Made by a program: the position numbers and the translations under genes. The notes below the pieces were generated by a model. The model was not told the DNA's origin, did no database searches, and was given only the letters and a program-made list of their open reading frames with translations. This document shows positions 1 through 9,690 of a DNA stretch of 41,051 nt, one piece after another. How positions within the stretch are numbered: the stretch's first letter is position 1; every line of letters begins with the position of its first letter. This stretch comes from Candidatus Bathyarchaeota archaeon RBG_16_48_13 (GTDB lineage: Archaea; Thermoproteota; Bathyarchaeia; RBG-16-48-13): the NCBI GenBank assembly GCA_001775995.1, contig MEZH01000016.1, positions 10,263-51,313 of the forward strand. Direction: 5' to 3'.

Positions 1-181
1 AGTCGCAATAAAGTAAACAATAATCTCTTCCTTTTTTTTGAAAGAGACTCTCAGAACTTTTCCTCCGTTGTCGCTATGCGTGCGCACGCCAAAGATAGCA
101 ATTCTCTTCATGCCTCCTCGAATACTGGTCCTAGAGCATGCGTGCGACAAACGGAGTTGTCCAAAAAATCACTCTTTTGTT

Positions 182-1381
182 TTATCTTGTCATCATTCTT
201 CTGAACACGGGTACCGCTATTGCGGTCATTACCACCCCAAACGCTATCAGTACCGTTAGCTCTGTGGTAATTTCGGGTATTCCTGCTCCTAAAACCATGA
301 CTTTCCTAAGGGCTTCCGATGCGTAGGTGAGGGGAAGCACCTTTGAGATATCTTGCATATACCATGGCATTTGCTGTATTGGGAAGAATACGCCGCTGAG
401 GAACATCATCGGGAACATCAGCGTCATCATCATCATCTGCGCTGTCTCCTGGTCTTTTGCGAAGGAGGTTATTACGATGCCGAGCCCAACGAAGCTAAAT
501 ATACCCAGCAAGAGCAGGCCGAATACAAGCAGGATGCTTCCCTGAATTGCGACACCGAACAAGCCCACGGACAACACCAGTATTAGGACCCCTTGGATCA
601 GGCCTCTTGCAGTCTGGCCGAGGGTTTTCCCGAGTATTATGGACAGTCTGTTGATTGGTGCGACCATCATTCCGTCCAATGTGCCAATTTCTTTCTCTTG
701 GGATATGGCCACGGGGAGCCCAGTCATGACGCTCATCATCACGGTCATAGCCATTAACCCCGGAGCGATGAAGTCGAAGTAACTAGGGTTTCCGCCAACA
801 ACTCCTTCCGTCTGAACCTTGTAGGGTTTTACGATCGCCAGGGAATTGTTCGCGTTGACTGCTGGACTTAGCATCTGAACTTTCTGTTGAGCCAACATTG
901 TGCCCATTTGATCAAACACCGCGGACAAAACGCCCTGAATGGTCACTGATATTTGAGGATTAGACTGGTCAGTCACAATGATCAAAGTCCCCTGTTTCCC
1001 ATTCAATATGCTCGTGCTGAAATTGCTTGGGACGACTATGCCCCCATAAATATCGCCTTTCTGAACCATACTCTTGATGTCACCAACACTCGACGCGTTA
1101 GAAAAGACCATTATCCCTGTCTTATCGTTGATCTGCCGCAAGACCATGGTAAAAGTTTGGCTTGCAATAGTGGAATTGCCATAACCCACATCCTCATTCA
1201 CCAGCGCAACAGGCAAGTTGCTCATAGAGCTGCCGTTAGATGGATAAATGAAGCCTACCATGACCATCATGAACATCGGCATTAGCACAAGTAGGACCAA
1301 CCCCAATCGATTCCTGAACAACTCCATTAGATCTTTCCAAGCGATCCTAAAACTGTGTGAAAGTAGAGTTCTTGCACCCAT
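182..1381 (-). CDS. ABC-2 type exporter permease
   Basis: N-terminal TM, large extracellular loop, then YFDFIAPGLMAM and EKEIGTLDGMMVAPINR motifs and five more TM segments; 6 nt downstream of ABC ATPase. Confidence 0.9.
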   Translation of the reverse strand: MGARTLLSHSFRIAWKDLMELFRNRLGLVLLVLMPMFMMVMVGFIYPSNGSSMSNLPVALVNEDVGYGNSTIASQTFTMVLRQINDKTGIMVFSNASSVGDIKSMVQKGDIYGGIVVPSNFSTSILNGKQGTLIIVTDQSNPQISVTIQGVLSAVFDQMGTMLAQQKVQMLSPAVNANNSLAIVKPYKVQTEGVVGGNPSYFDFIAPGLMAMTVMMSVMTGLPVAISQEKEIGTLDGMMVAPINRLSIILGKTLGQTARGLIQGVLILVLSVGLFGVAIQGSILLVFGLLLLGIFSFVGLGIVITSFAKDQETAQMMMMTLMFPMMFLSGVFFPIQQMPWYMQDISKVLPLTYASEALRKVMVLGAGIPEITTELTVLIAFGVVMTAIAVPVFRRMMTR

Positions 1382-1387
1382 AGCGCC

Positions 1388-2407
1388 TCACCTTGTCCTT
1401 CCCTGTGGTGCCCCAAAGCGACGATGCGTTGCCATTGGCATCTTCTGATCCGCGGTGTCCCTCACTTGGTGACCCGTTAGGTGCAGGAACACATCTTCAA
1501 GCGTGGGTTGAAGGTTTTCCATAGAATCTATCTTTCCGTTTTTCGCCCTTATCGCATCGATCACAGAGTCGAACGCCTCATCCCCATGAACAAGAATCTT
1601 CAAATGGGTCGAGTTTTCTTGAGTCACAGAATCCGCGCATTTAAGCGCCCGAACCGTTTCGACAAGCTCTGAAGTAAGATTTGCCATCTCCAGGTTCAAT
1701 ATCGTAGTACCAACTCCTGAAATCAGTTTTTTCAAATTCGTTGAGGTATCAAGCGCGACAATCTTGCCGTGGTCCATAATGCCTATGCGATCACACAATA
1801 AATCAGCATCAACCATCATGTGCGTCGTTATTATTATGGTGGTTTTGTTTTCTCTATTGAGTTTCTTTATGAACTCCCTTATCTCAACAGACGATTGAGG
1901 ATCCAAACCCATTGTTGGTTCATCTAAGAACAGCACTTGGGGCAGGTTAAGGAGAGCCCGTATCACGTTCATCCTCTGTCGCATGCCTGTCGAAAACGTG
2001 CCCACCTGAGAATCCTTCCATTTGGTGAGTTGGACCAGCTCTAGCAGTTCCTCAATTCTCTTCGCCAAGACATCTTTCGGAATGTTGAAGAGACTCCCAA
2101 AAAACCGCAGGTTCTCTCTGGCCGTCAAACGATTGTACATTATCATCTTCTCGGAAACGATGCCTATCAGTTTTCGCACATTGGTGTCGTTTTTCACGAC
2201 GTCGTATCCGCCAATCGTTGCAGTTCCCTTTGTGGGCCTTGCTAACGTGGAGAGCATGCGTAAGGTGGTGCTCTTGCCAGCTCCGTTAGGACCGAGTAGG
2301 CCAAGTATCTCACCTTTCTTAACGTCAAACGAGATGTCGTCAACCGCTACGAAATCGTTGAATGTTTTCGTGAGGTTCTCAACCTCGATTATTGATTCGT
2401 TTTCCAA
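1388..2407 (-). CDS. ABC exporter ATP-binding subunit (DrrA-like)
   Basis: Walker A GPNGAGKST, signature-like FSTGMRQR, Walker B LFLDEP, H-loop TTH; start moved to TTG 2407 because GGTGA SD lies just upstream. Confidence 0.9.
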   Translation of the reverse strand: MENESIIEVENLTKTFNDFVAVDDISFDVKKGEILGLLGPNGAGKSTTLRMLSTLARPTKGTATIGGYDVVKNDTNVRKLIGIVSEKMIMYNRLTARENLRFFGSLFNIPKDVLAKRIEELLELVQLTKWKDSQVGTFSTGMRQRMNVIRALLNLPQVLFLDEPTMGLDPQSSVEIREFIKKLNRENKTTIIITTHMMVDADLLCDRIGIMDHGKIVALDTSTNLKKLISGVGTTILNLEMANLTSELVETVRALKCADSVTQENSTHLKILVHGDEAFDSVIDAIRAKNGKIDSMENLQPTLEDVFLHLTGHQVRDTADQKMPMATHRRFGAPQGRTR

Positions 2408-2469
2408 CGGGAAATCACCGAATATATTCTTCGGTGCAATATATACGAGCAAAATATAAATATTTCGGA

Positions 2470-2479
2470 TACAATTGTA
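2470..2479. promoter_or_regulatory. 10-bp palindrome TACAATTGTA in the divergent ABC/PadR intergenic region; candidate operator
   Basis: Perfect palindrome in an AT-rich 85-nt gap between divergent starts. Confidence 0.3.
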
Positions 2480-2492
2480 CATTCGAAATGCC

Positions 2493-3059
2493 ATGTTCGC
2501 CCAGAACGTAGAGGAGAATCAGAGAACTGCACGTTGGCTGAAGGAAGCTCAAAAGGGATACATTCGCGTCGCGGTGCTCATCCTCCTAAATAGGAAACCG
2601 GCTCACGGCTACGAAATCATGAAGGAAATCAAGGACAGAACCAAAGGTTTCTGGAAGCCGACCGCCGGCGGCGTCTACCCAATCCTCCTAGACCTAGAAA
2701 AAGCAAGATACGTCGAAGGAGAATGGTCCACCCAAAATAACAGAAAGATAAAAGTCTACAAAATCACTGAAACAGGCAGAACGATTCTCAGAAATGCAAT
2801 TGTCAAACAAAACGAAATTGCCAACAACATGAACACCCTGTTTGGAGAATTTGCGAGAGACGTTTTAAACCTGGAACAAACAACATTACCCTTCCCAATA
2901 ATGCCCACCCCTTTCTCACCCTTTCTTGAGGAGAAAGATCGTGAATCTGAAGATAAGACAGAAGACTTGGAGCGAAAACGTATCGATCTTAAACGCATGA
3001 TCAAAATGTTGCAGGATGAGCTCCAGACAACAAACAAAAGACTAGCCAAAGCGAAATAA
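2493..3059 (+). CDS. PadR-family transcriptional regulator with C-terminal coiled coil
   Basis: HGYEIMKEI...WKPTAGGVYPILLDLEKARYV...RKIKVYKITETG winged-helix signature; ATG 2493 preferred start. Confidence 0.88.
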   Translation: MFAQNVEENQRTARWLKEAQKGYIRVAVLILLNRKPAHGYEIMKEIKDRTKGFWKPTAGGVYPILLDLEKARYVEGEWSTQNNRKIKVYKITETGRTILRNAIVKQNEIANNMNTLFGEFARDVLNLEQTTLPFPIMPTPFSPFLEEKDRESEDKTEDLERKRIDLKRMIKMLQDELQTTNKRLAKAK

Positions 3060-3230
3060 CCGAGACGGATCAAATTCAGCCGCATGACCAGTGCTCTGCG
3101 ATCTTATGAGCCCACACAAGAATCCAATTCAGTTAGGCAAGAACGAAATCGGGCAGTTTTGGCTAGCGCGCGCCATTCTTCCGCAAGAACTATTAGCCCA
3201 TTCCACCTGTGTTCTTTGTGGCGACAACCT

Positions 3231-3596
3231 GTGAAAACATTGAAGAAACGCTTTGAAACAATAGACGAATATATCGCTACATTCCCCCGAAGCGTCCAAG
3301 ATATTTTAGAAGAACTGCGACAAACAATCCAAGATTCAGCGCCGGATGCCAAAGAGACAATCAGTTACCAAATGCCCGCTTTCAAATTGAATGGCAATTT
3401 GGTGTATTTCGCGGCGTTCAAGAATCATATTGGATTTTATCCCACTTCATCTGCCATTAGTGAATTCAAAAAAGAACTGTCTCATTATGAAGTAGCAAAA
3501 GGCACCGCCAGATTTCCCATAGACGGGCCGATCCCTTTTGACCTGATAAGGAAGATTGTGAAGTACAGAGTAAAACAGAATTTAGAAAAAAGGTGA
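3231..3596 (+). CDS. DUF1801 / YdhG-like protein
   Basis: TIDEYIA..., ETISYQMPAF, VYFAAFKNHIGFYP, KGTARFP motifs; the listed upstream extension looks non-coding, so GTG 3231 is used. Confidence 0.85.
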   Translation: MKTLKKRFETIDEYIATFPRSVQDILEELRQTIQDSAPDAKETISYQMPAFKLNGNLVYFAAFKNHIGFYPTSSAISEFKKELSHYEVAKGTARFPIDGPIPFDLIRKIVKYRVKQNLEKR

Positions 3597-3734
3597 CAGC
3601 GGAGCGCGAGCTACAGACGTCTAAAGCTGCTGCAGCAACACCCCGATATCCTTGTTTGAATATTCTACCTCAACAATGCCTGGTGACAGCGAATCGAACT
3701 AAATCTTGATCCAAAGGCCTAGGGATCTGTTGAA

Positions 3735-4460
3735 CTATGCGATTTGCCATTTCTCTTTGAGTTTTCCCGCAGGACAATACTTGAGGCAGGGGGCGGGACA
3801 AAGCTTGTACGGTGTGCCAGGGATGGGTTCGCCGAGTTCCATTTCCGCTCGCCAACACGTCTCGACATTGTTCCGGCCTTCGTTGATGGCTTTCGCGATG
3901 CAGACCTTTTCGCAGACCATGCATTTGCCGCAGGGATCCCTTTCCAAGGGCTTGTCAGGGGTGAGCGGCGCGTTGGTGATTATGGCCGCCAAGCGGACGC
4001 GGGGTCCATACTGCGGAGTGATGAGTAGGCTGCTCTTGCCCACGGCTCCGAGGCCCGCCAATTGAGCGGCATGTTTCAGGGAGATCGATCCCCGCATGTA
4101 TTCCCAGTCCGTGGACAGGCTTTTCGAGGTCTTGGATGACTCGGGAGTCTTGTAAACAGGAGAAATCGCCGTGACGCCTTTGAAACCGTTCTCCGCGAGA
4201 ATTCCTATGATCTGGGTGCCGACTCTGGCCAGCTCATCCTCTCTGGCTTTTTTGACGATCCGCCTCTCCTCCGGGGAAGCCTCCTCGATCACTTTGTCAG
4301 GCATCTGAATTGCCATTACTATGACGCTCTTGGCGTCTGGAAGCACATCTCTGGGCCTGCGGCCCTCGGTGACGTTCCATCCTTTGGCGGACGCTATGCC
4401 GACGAGGCTTATCCCTTCAAACATCGCCAGGGCTTTGATCACTGAAGTCAGATCATGCAC
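3735..4460 (-). CDS. Epoxyqueuosine reductase (QueG)-like cobalamin / 4Fe-4S protein
   Basis: SLKHAAQLAGLGAVGKSSLLITPQYGPRVRLAAIIT, then CGKCMVCEKVC and a second Cys cluster; substrate not assignable. Confidence 0.75.
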   Translation of the reverse strand: MHDLTSVIKALAMFEGISLVGIASAKGWNVTEGRRPRDVLPDAKSVIVMAIQMPDKVIEEASPEERRIVKKAREDELARVGTQIIGILAENGFKGVTAISPVYKTPESSKTSKSLSTDWEYMRGSISLKHAAQLAGLGAVGKSSLLITPQYGPRVRLAAIITNAPLTPDKPLERDPCGKCMVCEKVCIAKAINEGRNNVETCWRAEMELGEPIPGTPYKLCPAPCLKYCPAGKLKEKWQIA

Positions 4461-4700
4461 GATGAATCAATAAATCAGTGTTCACGCTGTTCTTTAATTC
4501 TTTTTGTATGCTTGTTTTCAGAGGATCAGTAACCTGAGGCACAGGCAGCGTCTTCAAAGCATCTGCTACTGACTTGCCAACCCGTACGTCCTTTCATTGT
4601 AACAATTAGCAAATGCATCATGAGTCCTCTTCTCAACCCTTTTATAATTCCTCGATAGAATTGCCCCCGATTAACACAAGAGACTTTGAGGTTTCAAAAA

Positions 4701-5042
4701 ATGCTGTTCCTGAACATATTGAAGGCATATATGCCTTTGCCGATACCTCTGGCCCAATTTGCCGAGCTGGCGGTCAAGCACCGGGACTACCTGAGGAGGC
4801 TCGAGAAAGAGGGAAAGATAAAGTTCACCGCCGCCTTCCTGGGGAAGCGGGCTAGGGTGATAATCTTCGACGTCGAGTCCGACGAGGAGCTCTTCGAGTG
4901 CATAAACGCGGACCCGCTATTCAACTACATGGAGCGGGAGACCCACGCGCTCATCTCGAACGAGAAGGTCTACTCCATATACGAAGGGATCGAGAAAGCC
5001 TCGTCCAAGAAAACACCTGCGAAGAAATTCAAGCGAGAATGA
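4701..5042 (+). CDS. Muconolactone isomerase / YciI-like small alpha-beta barrel protein
   Basis: YLRRLEKEGKI...IIFDVESDEELFECINADPL pattern; GAGG SD before ATG 4701. Confidence 0.6.
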   Translation: MLFLNILKAYMPLPIPLAQFAELAVKHRDYLRRLEKEGKIKFTAAFLGKRARVIIFDVESDEELFECINADPLFNYMERETHALISNEKVYSIYEGIEKASSKKTPAKKFKRE

Positions 5043-5165
5043 ATTGAGAGCGAGTACCCAAAAGGCTCCTGCTGCAGGGAATGCAGGCAGTTTAGAGCGC
5101 ACACATCGCATGACTTAAAAGGCGTCAGCAACCAAAAGATACCTATTGGTTGGGATCGAAGAATC

Positions 5166-5732
5166 ATGCGCCCATATCCGGTCATCCTGTGTTTTGTGCT
5201 GGTCTTCTCATCTCTGGCAGGCCTTGCGTTGCCCCCCGTGAGGGCCGCGGACTGGCAGCAAGTGACCCGCTTCACCGGGTCGGGAACCCAGCAATTGAAC
5301 ACCACAGAGTTCAGCATAGCCGGGTCCGAGTGGCGCATAGTGTGGAGCTACACTCCCAATAGCATCGAGCCGAGCCTTACGATATTCAGCTTCTTCATCG
5401 TCAGGCACGGAGAAGGGGCTCCCTTCGGCGAATACGTATACGAGTCTGGGACCGACACGACGAGCGGCGTCCTCTACATCCATGAGGGACCCAGACCCTA
5501 TTACCTGATGATCTTGGCGGCCAACACCGCGGGGTACACGATCACTGTGGAGTCTGACAGGAGTACCGAGGTCGGGACGGGGATGCTCACCCTGATAATC
5601 GCGTTGGTCATCGCGATCCCGGTGGCTCTCATAATCGTCATGGTGTACATCCTGAGGAAGAGAAAGCGCACACAGAAGGCACCGACCTTTGCGGAATATC
5701 CGCAGCCTCCCCCTCCGCCTCCCCCCGCTTAG
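5166..5732 (+). CDS. Secreted protein with C-terminal membrane anchor and poly-proline tail
   Basis: Signal peptide ending PVRA, beta-rich ectodomain, TM LTLIIALVIAIPVALIIVMVYIL, RKRKR stop-transfer, QPPPPPPPA end. Confidence 0.7.
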   Translation: MRPYPVILCFVLVFSSLAGLALPPVRAADWQQVTRFTGSGTQQLNTTEFSIAGSEWRIVWSYTPNSIEPSLTIFSFFIVRHGEGAPFGEYVYESGTDTTSGVLYIHEGPRPYYLMILAANTAGYTITVESDRSTEVGTGMLTLIIALVIAIPVALIIVMVYILRKRKRTQKAPTFAEYPQPPPPPPPA

Positions 5733-5842
5733 TCTCGCGCGAATGCTGTAGGAACAAAGCGCCATTCAATGGTATTAGTGTCATCAGATGTCAGCATATG
5801 AGTGCGCGCGCTATGTCAGTGGAAACATTGGTCGCGAGAATA

Positions 5843-7171
5843 TTAATCTAGCAATCGTATTCTCAGGCTCCTTCTTCGGGATGAAGGATCTGATTTTAGA
5901 GTCTCCGTTGCGGAAAGAGAAACTTCACGATCGCTGTCTACATGTATCACAAACTCGATCTGAGGCACACCTCGAGGTGACGGCGTTATCCCTGTGAATT
6001 GCACCCTCCCCAGAGACACATTTTTCTCTATCTTCTGGTTCTCTCCAAATGCTATGTGGAGGTTCATTTCAGTTTGATTGTCAGCCAAGGTTGAAAAGAT
6101 TCCTCGATGCTCTAATGGCAATGAGCTTCCCATCTTGATAAGAGGGGTGAAGACCCCTCCCAATGTCTCGACCCCGATGGAACCGCGATCTAAGTTGATC
6201 CTTCCGAGCCTCAAGCTTTCTTCAGTTGGCTTTGCAGGAAGATTAGTCTCAACATACGCCTTGTTGTGCAGGGTTTCTGCGTGTTGCGGGTTGATTTCCA
6301 GAGCCTTATCAAAGCACCTTAACGCTTCATCAATATGGCCCAAACCCGCCAGAACAATTCCTTTACTACTCCAGGCATCCGTGTACTGAGGGCTCATTCG
6401 CAGTGCTTTGTCGAAGCATTCTAAGGCCTCACTCAAACGATTGATACTATTGAGACTGTTCCCTTTTGCGTTCCAAGTCTCTGTGTCTTGTGGGTTGATC
6501 TTCAGAGCTTTGTCGAGGCATTTTATTGCTTCATCGAAGCGTCTCAACTCATGGAGCATAGTTCCTTTCTTATACCATGCCTCTCTAAGTTGCGGATTTG
6601 TTGCCAGAGCATTATCATAACAGTTCATTGCTTCATCAAGACGACCCATCTTACGGAGGTCGTTTGCCTTGTTGTACCAAGCCTTTGCGTCTTGTGGGTT
6701 GATTCTCAAGGCCATATCGCAGCATTCTATCGCTTCATCAAGACGGCCCAAATAGTAGCAGCTCGCTCCCTTGGCATTCCATGCACTTGCATCTTGTGGG
6801 TTGATTTCCAGAGCTTTGTCGAAGTATCTTATTGCTTCATCAAAACGATCGAGACTATTGAGCGCAGCTCCCTTCCCGTACCAAGCTTCTTCGTAACGAG
6901 GGCTAATTGCCAGAGCGCTCTCGTAACGTATTGCCGCTTCATCAAAACGACCATATTCGTAGTGAATCGATCCCTTGTACCACAAAACTTCTGCGTCTCG
7001 CGGGTTGATTTCCAGAACCTTATCGAAGCATTTCAAAGCCTCATCAAAACGTCCAGAATCCGCAAGGTCCTTTCCCTTTTTCTTCCACTTTTTCGTTTCA
7101 TTATCTGGCAATTCGTCTGGTTTTGGAGTGTCAGTTGCCTCTTTTTCTTTCTTCCGTTTGAAGATGTTCAT
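5843..7171 (-). CDS. TPR-repeat protein (8 full repeats) fused to a DnaK/Hsp70 substrate-binding beta-domain
   Basis: 34-aa repeats (AWY.KG..L..LGRFDEA..CFDKAL.INPQD); C-terminal SIGVETLGGVFTPLI...FSTLADNQT...SLGR...GITPSPRGVPQIE matches the DnaK SBD-beta consensus. Confidence 0.85.
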   Translation of the reverse strand: MNIFKRKKEKEATDTPKPDELPDNETKKWKKKGKDLADSGRFDEALKCFDKVLEINPRDAEVLWYKGSIHYEYGRFDEAAIRYESALAISPRYEEAWYGKGAALNSLDRFDEAIRYFDKALEINPQDASAWNAKGASCYYLGRLDEAIECCDMALRINPQDAKAWYNKANDLRKMGRLDEAMNCYDNALATNPQLREAWYKKGTMLHELRRFDEAIKCLDKALKINPQDTETWNAKGNSLNSINRLSEALECFDKALRMSPQYTDAWSSKGIVLAGLGHIDEALRCFDKALEINPQHAETLHNKAYVETNLPAKPTEESLRLGRINLDRGSIGVETLGGVFTPLIKMGSSLPLEHRGIFSTLADNQTEMNLHIAFGENQKIEKNVSLGRVQFTGITPSPRGVPQIEFVIHVDSDREVSLSATETLKSDPSSRRRSLRIRLLD

Positions 7172-7469
7172 ATATCAGTCACCTTGTAGTTCAAACAACG
7201 CTTCTTCGTTGAAGGCTTACGTGTTTTTTGCGAGCGCTCATACCAAATCAAGGTGTCAAGATTCCAATTCCAGCTTAGAAAATGATTGTGAATAATGAAC
7301 CCGCCTAAGAAGGGAATAGAAAGCCCAAACATCAAGGCCTTGATTCTGTCAGAAAAAGTATGGGTCAATCAAGACACTGATTGTATTATGGAATCGATAG
7401 ATTCTTAATACTTCTGTCTGTTGCTTGTTTCCGAGCGCGCTTACAGCAGGTGAGGTCCAGGGGTGTGAA

Positions 7470-7910
7470 TTACTTGCCTCTGCCGCTGCATCTCTTGCAA
7501 ATGCCGTGAATGTCGAGGCGCTGCCCTGTCCGCGTGAACTCCTTCTTGGCAGCAAATTTCGCAACCATTTCCCTAGCGGCAGGATCTTCCATGTCCTCTA
7601 TGCTCCCGCATCGGAGGCAGACCAAGTTTATGTGGGGCTCCATGCAGGAATCGAACCTCGCCTGGCTTCCGGGGAAATCCAGCTCCTGGACCAACCCGTG
7701 TTCAGTCAATATCTGAAGCGTCTTGTATACTGTCGCGAGGCTGACGGTGGGATGGACCTTCCTCACTTCATCGTAGACCCTCTGCGCGGTCGGATGGTCT
7801 CGACTCTGGAGCGCGTACCGGCACACCGCTATCCTCTGGGGAGTGGCCCTGTACCCCTTCTTGCGGAGGCTCTCGATAATCAGCGCGTCTGACTTGAGGA
7901 AGCTGCTCAT
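7470..7910 (-). CDS. Fur-family (PerR-like) regulator
   Basis: TPQRIAV, HPTAQRVY, SLATVYKTL, two CxxC motifs (CLRC, CKRC); divergent from catalase. Confidence 0.9.
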   Translation of the reverse strand: MSSFLKSDALIIESLRKKGYRATPQRIAVCRYALQSRDHPTAQRVYDEVRKVHPTVSLATVYKTLQILTEHGLVQELDFPGSQARFDSCMEPHINLVCLRCGSIEDMEDPAAREMVAKFAAKKEFTRTGQRLDIHGICKRCSGRGK

Positions 7911-7914
7911 AGCT

Positions 7915-7933
7915 CTTATTAGATAATAATAAG
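7915..7933. promoter_or_regulatory. Inverted repeat CTTATTA-N5-TAATAAG; candidate Fur/PerR operator
   Basis: Perfect 7-bp arms in the 93-nt gap between the regulator and catalase; AT-rich like Fur/Per boxes. Confidence 0.5.
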
Positions 7934-8003
7934 TCTTAAATAACCTTTGAGCCAGTCAAATGCTTGGAATACTCAATAATGTGAAGAGGGAGGTTCCTCA
8001 AAA

Positions 8004-9452
8004 TTGAAGAAAAGATTCCTTACAACGAACCAGGGCGTTCCCGTCTCCGACAACCAGAGCTCGCTCACAGTCGGCGACCGCGGACCCGTCCTGCTGCAGG
8101 ACGTCCATCTGATCGAGAAGCTCGCGCACTTCGACCGCGAGCGCATACCCGAGCGCGTCGTCCACGCGAAGGGCGCCGGTGCGCACGGCTACTTCCAGGT
8201 GTACAAGAGCATGGAGAAGTACACCTGCGCGAATTTCCTCCAAGACCCGAAGAAGAAGACGCCGGTCTTCGTCCGCTTCTCGACGGTCGTCGGCGCACGA
8301 GGATCAGCGGATTCGGCGCGTGATCCCAGGGGCTTCGCGGTGAAGTTCTACACCGAGGAAGGAAACTACGACCTGGTGGGCAACAATCTGCCGGTCTTCT
8401 TCATCCGAGACGCGATAAAGTTCCCCGACATGGTGCACGCCTTCAAGCCCGCCCCAGACACAGGATACCCCACGAGCTCTTCGGCGAACAGCCGCTTCTG
8501 GGACTTTATCTCCCTCCACCCGGAATCGACCCACATGATCACCTGGCTCTTCTCGGACAGGGGTACGGTGAAGAGCTACAGGAAGATGGAGGGGTTCGGC
8601 GTCAATACCTACAAATGGGTGAACTCCAAGGGCAAGGAGGTCTACGTCAAGTACCACTGGAAGCCTAAAGAGGGGATAGAGACAATCGACCGCCATGAAT
8701 CCACCCGCCTCGCTGGCGAGGACCCTGACATCGCGACCCGCGACCTGCGAGAGACGATTGCCTCCGGCAAGACCGTAGAATACGAGTTGCGCGTCCAGAT
8801 CATGGAGACGGCCGACGAGCTGAAACTGGATTTCGATCCACTCGATGCGACGAAGACCTGGCCCGAGGACAAGTATCCGCTGATGCCGGTGGGAAAGATG
8901 GTGCTCGACCGCAACCCCGAGAACTTCTTCGCAGAAACGGAGCAAGCCGCCTTCAGCCCGGGCTCCATCGTCCCGGGAGTCGACTTCTCCACCGACAAGC
9001 TCCTCCAAGGAAGAGTCTTCTCCTACGCGGACACGCAGAGGCATCGACTCGGCGCCAACTACCTGCAACTGCCGGTCAATCGGCCAAAGGCGCAGGTGGA
9101 CAACAACCAGCGCGACGGCGCCATGCAGTACGCGCCCTACGGCGGAGGAACGGTCAATTACGAGCCCAACACCCTGGCGGGCGGGATGCCACAGGAAGCA
9201 TCGGCCATCGCCGTGAGCACGCCGAACATCGAGGGCAGAATCATCCGCAAGAAGATCGGTCTGACGAACAACTTTGAGCAGGCAGGCAAACGCTACTGCT
9301 CACTTAACAAGACGGATCAGGACCACCTGGTCGGGAACATCGCGGACTCGCTGGGCCACGCGGACAAGCCGATCCAGCAGCGCATGGTCGAGAATCTGAC
9401 CAAAGCCGACAATGAGCTAGGCAAGAGAGTAGCAAAAGAACTTAAGCTCTAA
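8004..9452 (+). CDS. katA: Monofunctional heme catalase (small subunit)
   Basis: FDRERIPERVVHAKG (distal His), RDPRGFAVKFYT, DLVGNN, RVFSYADTQRHRLG (proximal Tyr). Confidence 0.97.
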   Translation: MKKRFLTTNQGVPVSDNQSSLTVGDRGPVLLQDVHLIEKLAHFDRERIPERVVHAKGAGAHGYFQVYKSMEKYTCANFLQDPKKKTPVFVRFSTVVGARGSADSARDPRGFAVKFYTEEGNYDLVGNNLPVFFIRDAIKFPDMVHAFKPAPDTGYPTSSSANSRFWDFISLHPESTHMITWLFSDRGTVKSYRKMEGFGVNTYKWVNSKGKEVYVKYHWKPKEGIETIDRHESTRLAGEDPDIATRDLRETIASGKTVEYELRVQIMETADELKLDFDPLDATKTWPEDKYPLMPVGKMVLDRNPENFFAETEQAAFSPGSIVPGVDFSTDKLLQGRVFSYADTQRHRLGANYLQLPVNRPKAQVDNNQRDGAMQYAPYGGGTVNYEPNTLAGGMPQEASAIAVSTPNIEGRIIRKKIGLTNNFEQAGKRYCSLNKTDQDHLVGNIADSLGHADKPIQQRMVENLTKADNELGKRVAKELKL

Positions 9453-9483
9453 AACGCGCCAATCACGGCGCGCTTTTTCTTTC
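9451..9483 (+). terminator. Hairpin CGCGCC/GGCGCG followed by a T-tract
   Basis: 6-bp GC stem (9455-9460 / 9467-9472), 6-nt loop, then TTTTTCTTT, directly after the katA stop. Confidence 0.5.
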
Positions 9484-9690
9484 AAGGTTCAGCGTCAGCG
9501 CGCGCTTGAAGCAGAGGAAAAATTTCAAATAGCTGCTTTCTTCCTAATTTTTGAGAACTCACGATCTCTCGAAAAGCGCATGCCTAACGGTTCGTAGCGA
9601 AGAGTAGGCCCAACGCTCGCTTACACTGGGATTGGGTAGCCCTTGGGGCACGTAGAGCAAGAATGCTTCGTCGGAGAAGAGGGGAGCCCT

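Noticed and set aside
7168-7368. 66-aa hydrophobic ORF upstream of the TPR gene
   Set aside because: Short, weak start context, no recognisable family.
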